Shown: positions 1 to 11,680 of the stretch, piece after piece | Position numbering within the stretch: position 1 is the first letter of the stretch | Layout of the letters: each line of letters starts with the position of its first letter | Source of the DNA: the human T2T-CHM13v2.0 reference genome, Homo sapiens | NCBI RefSeq assembly: GCF_009914755.1 | Contig: NC_060938.1 | DNA length: 64,000 nt | Strand: one strand, 5' to 3' | The notes under the pieces: model-generated | Told to the model about the DNA's origin: nothing | Database searches by the model: none | The model's input: only the letters and a program-made list of their open reading frames with translations | Translations under genes and position numbers: made by a program

Positions 1-277
1 ATGGAATTAATCCTGAAACTCTGAAAAGTTTTAATATTCTGGGGTAAGGGTAGATGAGAAGTAGTCTCCATATGACTTATAAACATGTAAGGAGAAATAG
101 TAAAATAGTTGTAAAATTAAAAGAAGAACAGAAATTCATAAAATAACCTATAACAATCAGGTTAAACAACAAAAACAAAAAGCAAAGCGTCTATCAGTAA
201 CATGATTGAATAGAAGAGCCAAGAGAGAGAGTTGTCAGTGGTAAAGGAATAAATATTATCTCATTTGATAGAGTGAT

Positions 278-2545
278 TGTATTAGTCCATTTTAACACTG
301 CTGATAAAGACATACCCACGACTGGATAACTTACAAAAGAAAAAGGTTTATTGGACATACAGTTCCACATGGCTGGGGAGGACTCACAATCATGGCAAAA
401 AGGAGCAAGACACATCTTATGTGGGTGGCAGCAGGCAAAAAAAGAGCTTGTGCAGAGAAAATCCTGTTTTTAACACCACTAGATCTTGTGAGACCCATTC
501 ACTATTATGAGAACAGCATGGGAAAGACCTGCCCCCATGATTCAGTCTTCTCCCATCAGGTCCCTCCCACTACATATAGAAATTATGGGAGCTACAAGAT
601 GAGATTTGGATGGGGACACAGAGCCAAACCATATCATTTCACTCCAGCCCCTCCCAAATCTCATATCTGCATGTTTCAAAACCAGTCATGCCTTCCCAAC
701 AGTCCCCCAAAATGTCAACTCTTTTTAGCATTAACTCAAAAGTCCACAGTCCAAAGTTTCATCTGAGACAAGGCAAGTCCCTTCCACCTATGACCCTGTA
801 AAATCAAAACCAAGTTAGTTACTTCCTAGATACAATGGGGTTACAGGGGTAAGGGGATTGGGTAAATGCACCCATTGCAAATGGGAGAAATTGGCCAAAA
901 CAAAGAGGCTACAAGCCCCATGCAATTCTGAAATCCAGAAGGGCAGTCAAATCTAAAGCTCCTTTGACTCCATGTCTCACATCTAGGTCACGCTGATGCA
1001 AGAGGTGGATACCCATGGTCTTGGGCAGTTCCACCCCTCTGGCTCTGCAGGGTACAGTCTCCCTCCTGGCTGCCTTCATGGGCTGGTGTTAAGTGTCTGC
1101 AGCTTTTCCATGCACACAGTGCAAGCTGTCAGAGGATCTACACTTCTGGGGTCTGGAAGACGGTGGCCCTCTTCTCACAGCTCCACTAGGTGGTGCCCCA
1201 GTAGGGATTCTGTGTGGGGGCTCCCTCCCCACATTTTCCTTCTGCACTGCCCTAGCAGAGGTTCTCCATGAGGACCCCACCCATATGGCAAACTCCTGCC
1301 TCGGCATTCAGGTGTTTCCATACATCTTCTGAAATCTAGGCAGAGGTTCCCAAACCTCAATTTTTGACTTCTGTGCACTCGTAGGATCAACACCACATGG
1401 AAGATGCCAAAGCTTGGGGCTTGCACCCTCTGAAGCCATAGCCTGAGCTCTATGTTGTCCCCTTTCAGCCATAGCTAGAGTTGCTGTGATGCAGGGGATG
1501 AAGTCCCTAGGCTGCACACAGCAAAGGAACCCTGGGCCCAGCCCACAAAACCACTTCTTCCTCCTAGGTCTCTGTGCCTGTGATGGGAGAGGCTGAGGTA
1601 AAGACCTTTGACATGTCCTGGAGACATTTTCCCCGTTATGTTATGCAAATGTCCGTAGCTGGCTTGGATTTCTCCTCAGAAAATGGGATTTTCTTTTCTA
1701 TTGCATTGTCAGGCTGCAAATTTTCCAAATTTTTATGCTCTGCTTCCCTTATAAAACTGAATGCCTTCAACAGCACCGAATTCACATTTTAAGTGCTTTC
1801 CTGCTTAGAAATTTCTTCTGCCAGATACCCTAAATCATCTCTCTCAAGTTCAAAGTTCTACAAATCTATAGGGCTGGGCAAAATGCCACCAGTGTCTTTG
1901 GTAAAACATAGCAAGATTCACCTTTACTCCGGTTCCCAACAAGTTCCTTATCACCAGCTGAGACCACTTCAGCCTGGATTTCATTGCCCATATCACTGTC
2001 AGCATTTTGTTCAAAGCCATTCAGCAAGTCTCTAGGAAGTTCCAAACTTGGCCACATTTTCCTGTCTTCTTCTGAGTCCTCCAAACTGTTCCAACCTCTG
2101 CTTGTTACCCAGTTCCAATGTCGCTTCCATATTTTTGGATATGTTTCCACCAGCACCCCACTCTACTGGTAACAATTTACTGTATTAGTTCATTTTCATG
2201 CTGCTGATAAAAACATACCTGCAACTGGGCAATTTACGAAAGAAAGTGGTTTGTTGGACTTACAGTTCCACATGGCTGGAGAGGCATCATAATCATGGTG
2301 GAAGGCAAGAAGGAGTAAGCTACATCTTACATGGATGGCAGCAGGCAAAAAAGAGATTGTGTGGAGAAACTCCCATTTTTAACACCATCAGATCTCCTGA
2401 GATCCATTCACTATCACAGGAACAGCATGGGACATACGTGCCCTCATGATTCAGTCATCTCCCACTGGATCCTTCCCATAACACGTGGAAATTATGGGAG
2501 CTACAAGATGAGATTTGGGTGAAGACACAGAACCAACCCATATCA
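278..2545 (-). mobile_element. Full-length THE1 (ERVL-MaLR) element: LTR-int-LTR, THE1A/B-like
   Basis: Two ~360-bp LTRs (278-636, 2181-2545), each reading TGTATTAGT...CCATATCA (reverse complement of the THE1 LTR), flank a ~1.55 kb THE1-int. Perfect 5-bp TSD GTGAT at 273-277 and 2546-2550. Confidence 0.95.
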
Positions 2546-2639
2546 GTGATTATTTAAGATTTTTTGCAGAAGCCTAACTGTTCAAGGAAGGTGTGTGATG
2601 GCAAAGAATAAAAGCTACAGATAATGACATGGCATCAGC

Positions 2640-3043
2640 TTGATTGGATCCATATTTTGTGGGATCTACAGCACATTCAATTTGGAGGTCAGGGTTTGGG
2701 GCTCTTTAAGCAAGAATACAAAACAACAAACTCAAAACTGGAAACTCAAATGCAAATGAGGTGGCCAGAAATGTAAGCCTCATAACTTAGGATAAGAGAA
2801 CAAAAGCTGATAAACATTTTCTATAAAGGGCACGATAGTAGATACTTTAGGCTTGCAGGCCATATGATTTGTGTTGTAAATATGCAACTTTGCCTTTGTA
2901 GTGCTTAAGCGGCTGTAGGCAATATGTAAAGGAATGTCTGTGGCTGAGTTCCTATAAAATTTTATTTATAAAAACCCGTGGCAGCCTGGCTTTGGCTTAT
3001 TGGCTATAGTTTGCCTACCCCTGGCTTAATAAATCTGCCTCTA
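2640..3043 (+). mobile_element. Degraded hAT-Tip100-type MITE (MER91-like), interrupted by MER58A
   Basis: GGATCCATATTTTGTGGG...CTCTTTAAGCAAGAATACAAAA start and TAAATCTGCCTCT end resemble the recalled consensus. The terminal piece lies after the MER58A. Confidence 0.4.
2801..3023 (+). mobile_element. MER58A (hAT-Charlie DNA transposon MITE)
   Basis: TTTTCTATAAAGGG..GATAGTA..TTTAGGCTTGCAGGCCAT ... ATAAAATTTTATTTATAAAAAC ... TAGTTTGCCTACCCCTG matches MER58A along its ~220 bp length. Confidence 0.85.
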
Positions 3044-5239
3044 TTCATAAGTAAGATTCTGCTTGTGTTTTGACTTTGCCATGTGCTCAGGGAAGGTAAG
3101 TAAAATTAAAATGTCTAGGAGAAGAAAATGTAAATAACAACAAATTCCTGTTGGCAACGTATTTATGAATATGGAAGAAGAGATGCCCTCTTACCCTGTG
3201 AGATGGAAAGAAAAAAAGCCAAGAACAAATACAAATTAAAACAAGCAAGTCTAAAATAAGAGAATTAACATTATTCTGGGAAGTAGAAGACAAAGTACTT
3301 CTGCTAGGAATGGGAAGACCAATTATGGACTGGAGTATTTGAAAACTCGGTGGATATTTGGAATATCTGTTGTGGACAAAAAAGAGACAGAAAAAAGGAA
3401 CAGATCAAAAAGTCAAGTAATTTGAAGTGATTATAGGGAAAAGTGATCTGGACACACTGTGTCATTCACAAAAGCATCTGACCAAGAGAGTAAACTCTGC
3501 CCTGCGGTCAACAGTTACTATTAAAATTTCATCATTCAGATTCAGGGCTTATTTCTAGTTGATACAAAAGTGGCACCTTGCCCTACATAATGTTATACTT
3601 TTTGTTATTCAGAAATGTTGAAGTTTCTATGCATGAGGTTTTTGTTATTTGACATAATGATTTATTTCACTCATTGTGTTTATCTTATCCAGATTAGATA
3701 GAAATTAACCAATTTTAACTTTCTGTCTGTTCTGTATGTTTTAGTAACAAGTAATTCAGGAGTGCATGCAAATGCAACATGAAATGAACAGACAATAAAA
3801 TAGAGTATATTTGCATAAATATAAAGACTTTTCATATGTTATAATAAACAGTATCAAAAACATTATTTGTCTTAAACTGTTTAAAAAATGCCAATATAAG
3901 TCATTTTTAACCTAGTATCAAAATCGTAATCATGTGAAAAGTAAATATTTCTTTAAGTTTTGTAAAATATTTGATGTAGAATATTTAGCTCCAAATTAAT
4001 TAGGAGAATTTCATAGTGTCTTATAATTAAGCTGCCCTTAAATACACCTGAACCTTCATGCAAACGTCTGTGGTTATTTGTCTCCACATGTTTCAGCAGA
4101 TTAGGTGATTTGAATTCAGCAAAAAATTTAATAGCTTAAGTTGAAACAGGAATTATCCTAAGGGAATCTGTAGAAATGCATTCAAGAGCAGATGAGCTAT
4201 ATCTATTTCTTTCATGTTTTGGTGTAGTAAGTAATTGTTCATAGCCAAACACTTTACGAAGATAAATGATTGATATAATGAATGACCCGAAGATGCCCAA
4301 GAGCACATGAAAACAGAAATGCCTTTGTTCTGAAGGAGAATGTCTTAGTATAGTTATAAATTGAATGTAAAAATTGTGGCTGAAATTATTCTAAAAATCA
4401 CAAGAAGCTGCATTTAAACTGTGCTATGGCATCTATTCAAAAGATTTGAAACCATTTGTTTTCTGAATTGCACCCAACATAAAGCTTTCTCACACAGAAC
4501 AAAACAGAAGTGAGCATCAGTCACACTTCCAACATGCATACATTTTGTTCTAAAGGAACAGCTGTTACTTGATGAAAAGTCGATGAAAGATGCCCAGCAT
4601 TTGTTTTTAAAAAGTTATCACCCAAACAAGAATTGTTTGGAACCAGATGCTAAAATCGAGAGTGGTCTGTTTATTTCAGTTGAGAGTGTTACAAAAATGT
4701 TAATAAGGTATTTTTATGTCTATTACCCAGCTATATTTGACTTTTTAATGTGCTTTTTGTTATAATTGGCTGTTGTTTCTATAGGCTGGCATTATTGGCA
4801 TTAGATCACTGAAGAGGAAATAAAGTGCGCAAGAATACTCTCTTGTCACCAGATTACTGAGCTGTACTGGAGGTAGGTTGAATGGTTTTACAGATGAATT
4901 ACAGTGAAAACTTTGAAACACTAATAATCTCTTCAGTGTTGAGAAATAACCTACTAATCATTAACTTAATTATCAGCTCAACCAGGAAACTACACCACCT
5001 AAAAGGTAGTTAATTTTATCACTCCTAGACATCTACAGGAGACCATGATTCTCCATTATGTGAATGCCTTGCTGCCCATGTGATGCCTGCCCCCATCAAT
5101 TCTAAGAAGCTTCAGTCATTTAGTACTTAATATGTAATTTTTAAAAATTACATAAGTAATACCTTCTCCTTATAGAGAACTGAAACTTTCAGAAACAGTT
5201 AAAGCCTAATTTGAATATTGCCAAAGCCCTGTCTCTTCT

Positions 5240-6150
5240 TCAGAGACAACCAGTGTTTCCAGTTTGGTGTGTATTTTCCCCAAACACAGTGAATGTGTGT
5301 ATAAACACGTGTAGATTTACCTGTCCTAGATATGAGCATTTGCTTTGTGAGTCTGCTTTAAGTCAAGTTCTAAACTATGGCTCAGTTTAAAACTTCTCTT
5401 TTTCTATTTAATAATATACCTTAGAAGTCATGCCATGATATTAAGATGAATAATAATGAAATTATTAATATTAGTCAAATTTAATTAGTTGCTTATTATG
5501 TAGTGGGTACTTGGTGTGATATATGGATTATCTCATTTAATCATCATGACAAGCTAATAAATTGGCAATGCTGTTATCTCCATTTTACAGAAGAGAGAAA
5601 AAGATTGTAAGTACTTTGCTCAAGGTCATTTAGAGGGAGAGCAAATTATTCAAATCCAGATATTCTGCTCTCAGAGATTGTATTATTAACTATTATGCCA
5701 CAATAGAGGCATTGTAGTCTGCATGATAGTCCAACTATTTTTATTTGTAGTTATATATTGATAAATATTTTGAGTATTTTTAAAAATTACAACACAATAC
5801 TGCAATTGACATTCTTGCATGATTATCTACCATGTATTTCCAAAAGTGGAAAGGCAAACATATGTGTTTAGTTTTTACAGAATGTAGACTATATAACAAT
5901 TGTACTCCAAAGGAGATCTTGGTTATACATTGATACCAGCATAGTTTGAGCCTACCCTCTTCCCTGTACCCTCAAAACCCTTGTTAACATCTTATGTTTT
6001 GCCAGTCTGCTGAAGAAAAATTGGTATCCAATTGTTTAATTCAATTACTTGATTACTAGTAAAGTAAGAATTTTTTTATATTTATCATAATTTGTATTGC
6101 CTGTAATCTGAAAGGGTTATTTATATTTTTTTGCCTACTTTTCTGTTAAG
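5240..6150 (-). mobile_element. Ancient L1M (L1ME-like) 3' fragment interrupted by a MIR
   Basis: Degenerate L1ME 3'UTR-like motifs on both sides of the MIR at 5480-5700. Confidence 0.45.
5480..5700 (-). mobile_element. MIR SINE
   Basis: ATCTCATTTAATCATCATGACAA...TTATCTCCATTTTACAGAAGAG...TTGCTCAAGGTCA...ATTCAAATCCAG is the MIR core in antisense. Confidence 0.75.
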
Positions 6151-6836
6151 TCATGTCTCTCTAAGATCTAGCTTAAACGTTACTTTTTCCAAAAAATCTT
6201 CCCTGATCTCCCACAACTCAAACCATTATCTTCCTGCTTTAGTTTCTTACAATATTTTATCTACATTTCTCTTATAACACCACTTTCTACTTTGTATGAT
6301 TGTTATTTTAGTACTATCTAATCAGTCCTTTAATTTCCTTTGGGGACTATTTTATGCTGATTAATCCTTATGACACATATTGTCCACATTTTTTGGACAA
6401 AATTCTTCAATGAAGATTGATAATTAAAATTAATAAAAATTAAAATAATTAAAAATTTAATTAACTTAGCTTTTAATTTTTTAATTATCATATAGGCCAC
6501 CTACTGAGATATACAATTTTTGGTCTAAAGTATTACTTTGAAACAATTATAAGGAAACTAGAAAAAAAAATTATTATTCTAAGATCCTTCGGATTGGAAA
6601 GTAGCTTTTTCTATATAACAAGATTTACTCTTTCCATATATTCTAGGATAAATTCATCATCTCTCTAAAAATTTCCTAATTTTTGTCATTCAGAAAAATA
6701 GCCAATTCCTGTTCTTCATTAAATTTTAATGAATAATCAGTCAATTTTAAAACTCTTGAAAAATTCATATTAAAAAGGAAACATTTATATTATTAAAAAA
6801 TAATAATTACAAAATGCCCATATAAATATTATTTAG

Positions 6837-8065
6837 GGCCAGGCACACTGGCTCACACCTGTAATCCCAGAACTTTGGGAAGCTGAGGTGGGCAAATCAC
6901 TTGAGCCCAGGGTTTGAGACCAGCCTGGGCAACATGACAAAACCCTGTCTCTACAAAAAATTTAAATATTAATCAGATGTGGTGGTGTGCGCCTATAATC
7001 CCAGCTACTCAGGATGTTGAGGTGGGAGTGATGGGGTGGGAGTGATAGGGAAGGGAGGCAGGGAAATTCTGGGCAAAAGAGGGCAGGTCCCTGGCAAGGG
7101 CTCCACCCTCAAGCCTGGAACCAAAGCCCAAAGTGAGAACATACGTTCCTGTTTTCCCACTCAAATGTTGCCTTTTACAAAATTACCCATGACCTCCCCT
7201 GTTCCCCATCCTGTGCCCATAAAAACCCCAGACTCAGCTAGCAAAAAAGAGAAGCAGCTGAACATCAAAAGAGAAGCAGCAGCTAGGCATCAGAGACTAT
7301 GGTTGGACGTTGGAGAGAAGCAGCTTGATTTCAGAGAGACAGTTTGACAGTGCAACTTTGGAGAAGAGTCCAGCCAGAAACCTTCCTGCTACATGTCCTT
7401 CCCAGCTGCCCTTCCTGCTGAGAGCCACTTTCCTTGGCAATAAAATCCTCTGCATTTACCATCCTTCAATTCGTTTCTGTGAGCTGATTTTTCCTGGATG
7501 CCAAACAAGAGCTCAGGAGTGAGTGTGGATACAAAAAGGCATGCTGAGCTGCTAACACTTCAGCTGTCTGAAGATGGCAGAGCTAAAGGAGCACTGTAAT
7601 ATGCCCACTGGGGCTTCAGGAATCACAGGCACCCCCCCTAACCCCAGGGGCTGCTATGGGGCCCACATGGAGTTTGCTCCTGCCAACACCCCAAAGCTCT
7701 CTTCCTGGCTCCTATACCTGCTCACCTGCATGCTCTCTCCTGCAAGAGGTGGAACACAGCAGGTCAGAGTGGGTGAGTTCACTCCTTCTGGCACCAAAGA
7801 GGCCACTGGTTCCAGCACTCATGTACTCCAGTTCCTGCCTTATTCAATTACACACTCCCTCCCTTGAGGAGTTGAGAGCAGTGGGCTGAGTAAATGGGGC
7901 ACCCCTGTCACGAGTCCCATGAAGGGGTCAGGGAAATGCCCTGCTTCAGGAGGATCTCTTGAGCCCAGGAGGTGAAGGATGCGGTGAGCCAGGATTGTGC
8001 AACTGAACTCTGGCCTGGGTGACAGAGTGAGACTCTGTCCCAAAATAAATAAATAAATAATTTAA
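6837..8065 (+). mobile_element. AluJ split in its right arm by an LTR insertion (pieces 6837-7028 and 7949-8065)
   Basis: GGCCAGGCAC..GCTCACACCTGTAATCCCAG start and J-type CACTTGAGCCCAGG. The right arm resumes GGAGGATCTCTTGAGCCCAGG after 7948 and ends in a (TAAA)n tail. Confidence 0.9.
7043..7948 (+). mobile_element. ERV1 solo LTR, LTR1-group (LTR1/LTR27/LTR28-like)
   Basis: TGATAGGG..GGAGGCAGGGAAATTCTGGGC...CCACCCTCAAGCCTGG start, CA end, internal AATAAA, and 4-bp TSD GGAG (7039-7042 / 7949-7952). Confidence 0.85.
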
Positions 8066-8689
8066 TTAATTAAATTTAGCTTATTCTTTTGAACTTCATT
8101 CTTCATAGTGTTATAAAATACATGATTTAAGACAGTGAGAAAGAGAGAGAAGCCAATGATGGACTTCTAATAGAATTCAGAGTGGGACTTGTTTGAACAT
8201 TTCAACCAAATAACAAAAGATTCCTGCAATTAGTTGACTCTTCAGTCTACCTCAGTTTTAAACATGTTTCAGGTTGCCCTTAACAAACGAGTATAGTTTA
8301 CTTTGGGCTGATAAATTCTGTGGATGGCAAGAGGTTGTGAATATCCCTTTATAAACCCAGAACTAATGCTACATATCCCTGGCATTAGTGCCTTATTTAT
8401 CTAAACTTACAAATATATTGGGCAAAATTCCGGGATATGGGCACAGAATTAATAATTGAATACCTTATTTTGTATGGTCATTTGCTCACTGACAAAGATA
8501 GAGAAGCAGCTGAAATTCATGATTATGATCCCTAGTTACATCTCTCTTTAAGTCCTTATGTTTGGTTCCCTGGGAGTTTCAGCGCATTTATATAGCAGCA
8601 CCCAAGTTTTTATAATCTGTTAAGTATTACTATCTAGGATTAGCTACTGAAGAATCAAGAACCGGTAGTTGATGAACTTGAAAGACAAT

Positions 8690-8875
8690 TATCCTATATA
8701 GTGTTTCTTGAGGACACTAATTTCTTGAGATTGAATGAGAGGAAAACATAATATCCACAAACAAATAAATTTTGGAATATTATATGCTTTAGCTTCCTCT
8801 TGGATATTTACAAAAATATTAGCATATTAACGATTACAGAATGAAGAAACCTTTTTAGCTACATTTAAACTAGTC
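8690..8875 (-). mobile_element. MER103C-like hAT-Charlie fragment
   Basis: CTCTTGGATATTTAC...ATTAGCATATTAA...AAGAAACC resembles MER103C in antisense. Confidence 0.45.
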
Positions 8876-9271
8876 CTAGAGTTTGAATATATTTCCTCCA
8901 AATTCATGTTTAAGTTTAATCCTCAAAGTGATGAGGAAGTGGGGCCTTTGGAGGCAATTAAGTCATAATGGCTGTGCACTCATGAATGAGATTAATATCC
9001 TAATAAAGGAAGCTTCTGAGAGCTTCCTGGCTCTTCCATTTCTTCTGCCATGTGACAACATGGCATTTGTCCATTTTGTCCCTTTGCTTTTCCTACCATG
9101 TGATTAAGTCATGCAAAATGACATCTATGAAACAGGCCCTCATCAGACAATGAATATGTTGGTGCCATAATCTTGAACTTCCCAACTCCTGAACTTTCAG
9201 AAATACATTTCTATAATCATAAATTACCCAGTCTGTGATATTTATTATAAGAGCAGGAACAGACTAAAACA
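8876..9271 (+). mobile_element. ERVL-MaLR solo LTR (MSTD/MLT1A-like)
   Basis: TTTGAATAT..CCTCCAAATTCATGTT...GGGGCCTTTGGAGG..ATTAAGTCAT...AAATTACCCAGTCT...AGACTAAAACA. Confidence 0.8.
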
Positions 9272-9559
9272 GCAAATGCTTTCCCCCATCCCTGACTACT
9301 TTCAGAATGTTTAAGAGTTGTCCATACAGTTTCTTATGGCAATTATGAGGCAGATATTTTTCAGGAAAGTGGCATGCATATATGTGAATTTTTTAGAGGA
9401 GTTGAAAAACAAAACAAAACACTTGTTTGGCAATGTTCATTCCTCACAGAATCAGTGCTATTCATTTTGGAAAATATCTTAGTATCCTGCTTGTTGCCTT
9501 ATTAGTTGTTTTTCTCTCATTGCAATCAGCTGTTGCCATGTACCTTTTGCATTTAGTGG

Positions 9560-9770
9560 TCAGGGTCTTCGGAATTGTATGAATCTGATATCAAATCCTA
9601 GTTGTATTGCTGACTAGCTGTGAAAAAAGATTTTAAACTTATTATTTTCAGTTTACTCATTTATTAAGTACCAATATTAATACTGAAACTAGAGAAATAG
9701 ATTAAATGGCATACTTGTATAGTAATTGTTACATAGGAAAACTCTCAATAAATCAATGCTGTTATTATTA
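9560..9770 (+). mobile_element. MIR fragment
   Basis: TCAAATCCTAG..TGACTAGCTGTGA...TCAGTTTACTCAT...CTCAATAAAT..GTTATTATTA. Confidence 0.55.
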
Positions 9771-9870
9771 CCATTAATATTCCCTAGATGTGAAGATTGC
9801 CTTCAGAGGAAACATACTGGAAAAAAAAATGAGTTTTACAGAAGTTTTTCAGCAGAAGTTGATTGGTTTT

Positions 9871-9955
9871 ACACACACACACACACACACACATACACGC
9901 ACACATATTTACACACATATAAATATGTACATTTTATATATATATGCACACACAT
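9871..9955. repeat. (CA)n microsatellite decaying into CA/TA repeats
   Basis: About 11 perfect AC units from 9871, then interrupted units. Confidence 0.9.
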
Positions 9956-11098
9956 TTGTTTCTATTTAAAATGAATAAAGTACGTTAGTCATGTGTGCCC
10001 AATTTTCTGATACACTAAAAAATGGAAATATCTTGGCAGACACTATTGATAGGCTATGCAAATGTAAACTTCTCTTGCCTAGTTTTTTATTTGGAAAGTA
10101 AAATATCCATGTTTCTTGGTGTGGCCATGTGAATTTTGTGACATTGAAATGGATATCATAAGATAGGTTCCTAGGAAAGCCTTTAAAAAAGCACAAACTT
10201 GGCCTGCATGGCTTTGGCCTTTTGCCCCTTTGCCCTTTGCTGCTTCAGCCTTTCCTATTTTTCTTGGCTGCAATATGAGCAATCATGACTCAGGGTGCTA
10301 CAGGCATCATGCTATCTTATATCATACCTCTTTCTAAGGAAATGCTATTAATGTCCCTACATGTGTATAACAAATCTTCAGCGTCCCTGTGTGGCTGCTC
10401 TTCTTATCTTGTCCTGGCTTGTACTCTTTCTTTTGTAGAAGTAAGTAAACATCTTGCCTGTGAAAACTGCTTTTAGTTGCACCCTGTATTCCTTATAGCT
10501 AAACCCTATCTACCTGAAACCTATATTGATACTTATGCCATATATTTAGTTTGGAGACCAGATTAAATTTAGAGTTCCATTAATTCCATAATAAATATTT
10601 TTGAGTGGCTAGTATGGGTAATGTGATATTTAAGCTACTGGTATAGTGTGGTAAACTGAAGATATGACCTGAAATGTTTGTAACTTATATGATAATAAGT
10701 GGAGAGAGCTGAAAATTAGGTAAATAAATAGATAACCACAGATTTTGATCTGTTATACAAATACGATAAATATGGCAGAAAGGACTGTAAGCTAAGGAGT
10801 AGAGTAAGAGAAAGCAATTATAAAAAGATTGGCAACCAAATGTTATCTAACAAGTGATACTTAAAGGCTGAGATACTTTAAACTATAAGACACAGTTTTG
10901 TAAAAATCTTGGAAATTGTGTTTTTTAAGTTAATGGTGCAATTTATCTAATGTGTAAATACAAGTGCTGGTTTGTTGAAGGAGCAGAAAAAAAAGATTAG
11001 TTTGAGTATGGGGAAAGAGAAGGAGATTGGAGAGAGGTTTAAGAACTAAGCATATGCCAGTTTATATAGAGTTTATGCAACAAAGAAGATATTTTTTG

Positions 11099-11680
11099 TG
11101 CATCAGCTTGTATTGTTGCATAATACTATACCCCAAACTTACTGGTATAAAATAGTAAACTTGTATTATGCTCACAGGTTCTGTGGGTCAGGAATTTAGA
11201 AACAGGCACAGTGGGCATGCCCCTTTTCTGCACCTCAATGATGAGGCCTCAGCTGGGAAGATTTACATGTCTGAATGCAACTCAAATAGCTGAGGGCTAG
11301 GACAGCTGGGACTGGAGTGTCCACTTCCAAATTGCTTTTTATGCCCATATCTGGCACTTGGCCTTGTGTATTTGAAGCTAGGAATGAACTGGGATTGTCA
11401 ACCAGAACTCCTATTCATGGTCTATCCTCATGGTTTGGGTTTCTCCCAGCCTGGCAATACTGGGGCCCTCCTGAGATGGAGGATTCTGAAAAAAAGTGAG
11501 CAGAAGTCAGATTGTTGATTTAGGCCAGGTCTCAAAAGTTACACAGCATTGCTTTTTTTTGTATTCTCTTAGTCAAAGAAGTTAAAAGTCCCCCCAGATT
11601 CAAGGTCAGAGACCCCAGTCCCCACATCTCAATGAAATGACAGTTGAAGAACTCTTGAGAAGATATTTTATAACCATTAC
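11099..11680 (-). mobile_element. ERVL-MaLR MLT1-family LTR (MLT1F/G/H-like)
   Basis: CCCCAAACTTACTGG...CTCACAGGTTCTGTGGGTCAGGAATTT...CCTCAGCTGGGAAG...CCCAGATTCAAGG in antisense orientation. Confidence 0.65.

Noticed and set aside
3089-3101. AG|GGAAG|GTAAGT as a 5-nt micro-exon
   Set aside because: Weak pyrimidine tract, frame-shifting length and no host gene. A chance motif is likely.
6418-6490. AT-rich inverted repeat TGATAATTAAAA / TTTTAATTATCA
   Set aside because: Low-complexity AT sequence where such pairings are expected.
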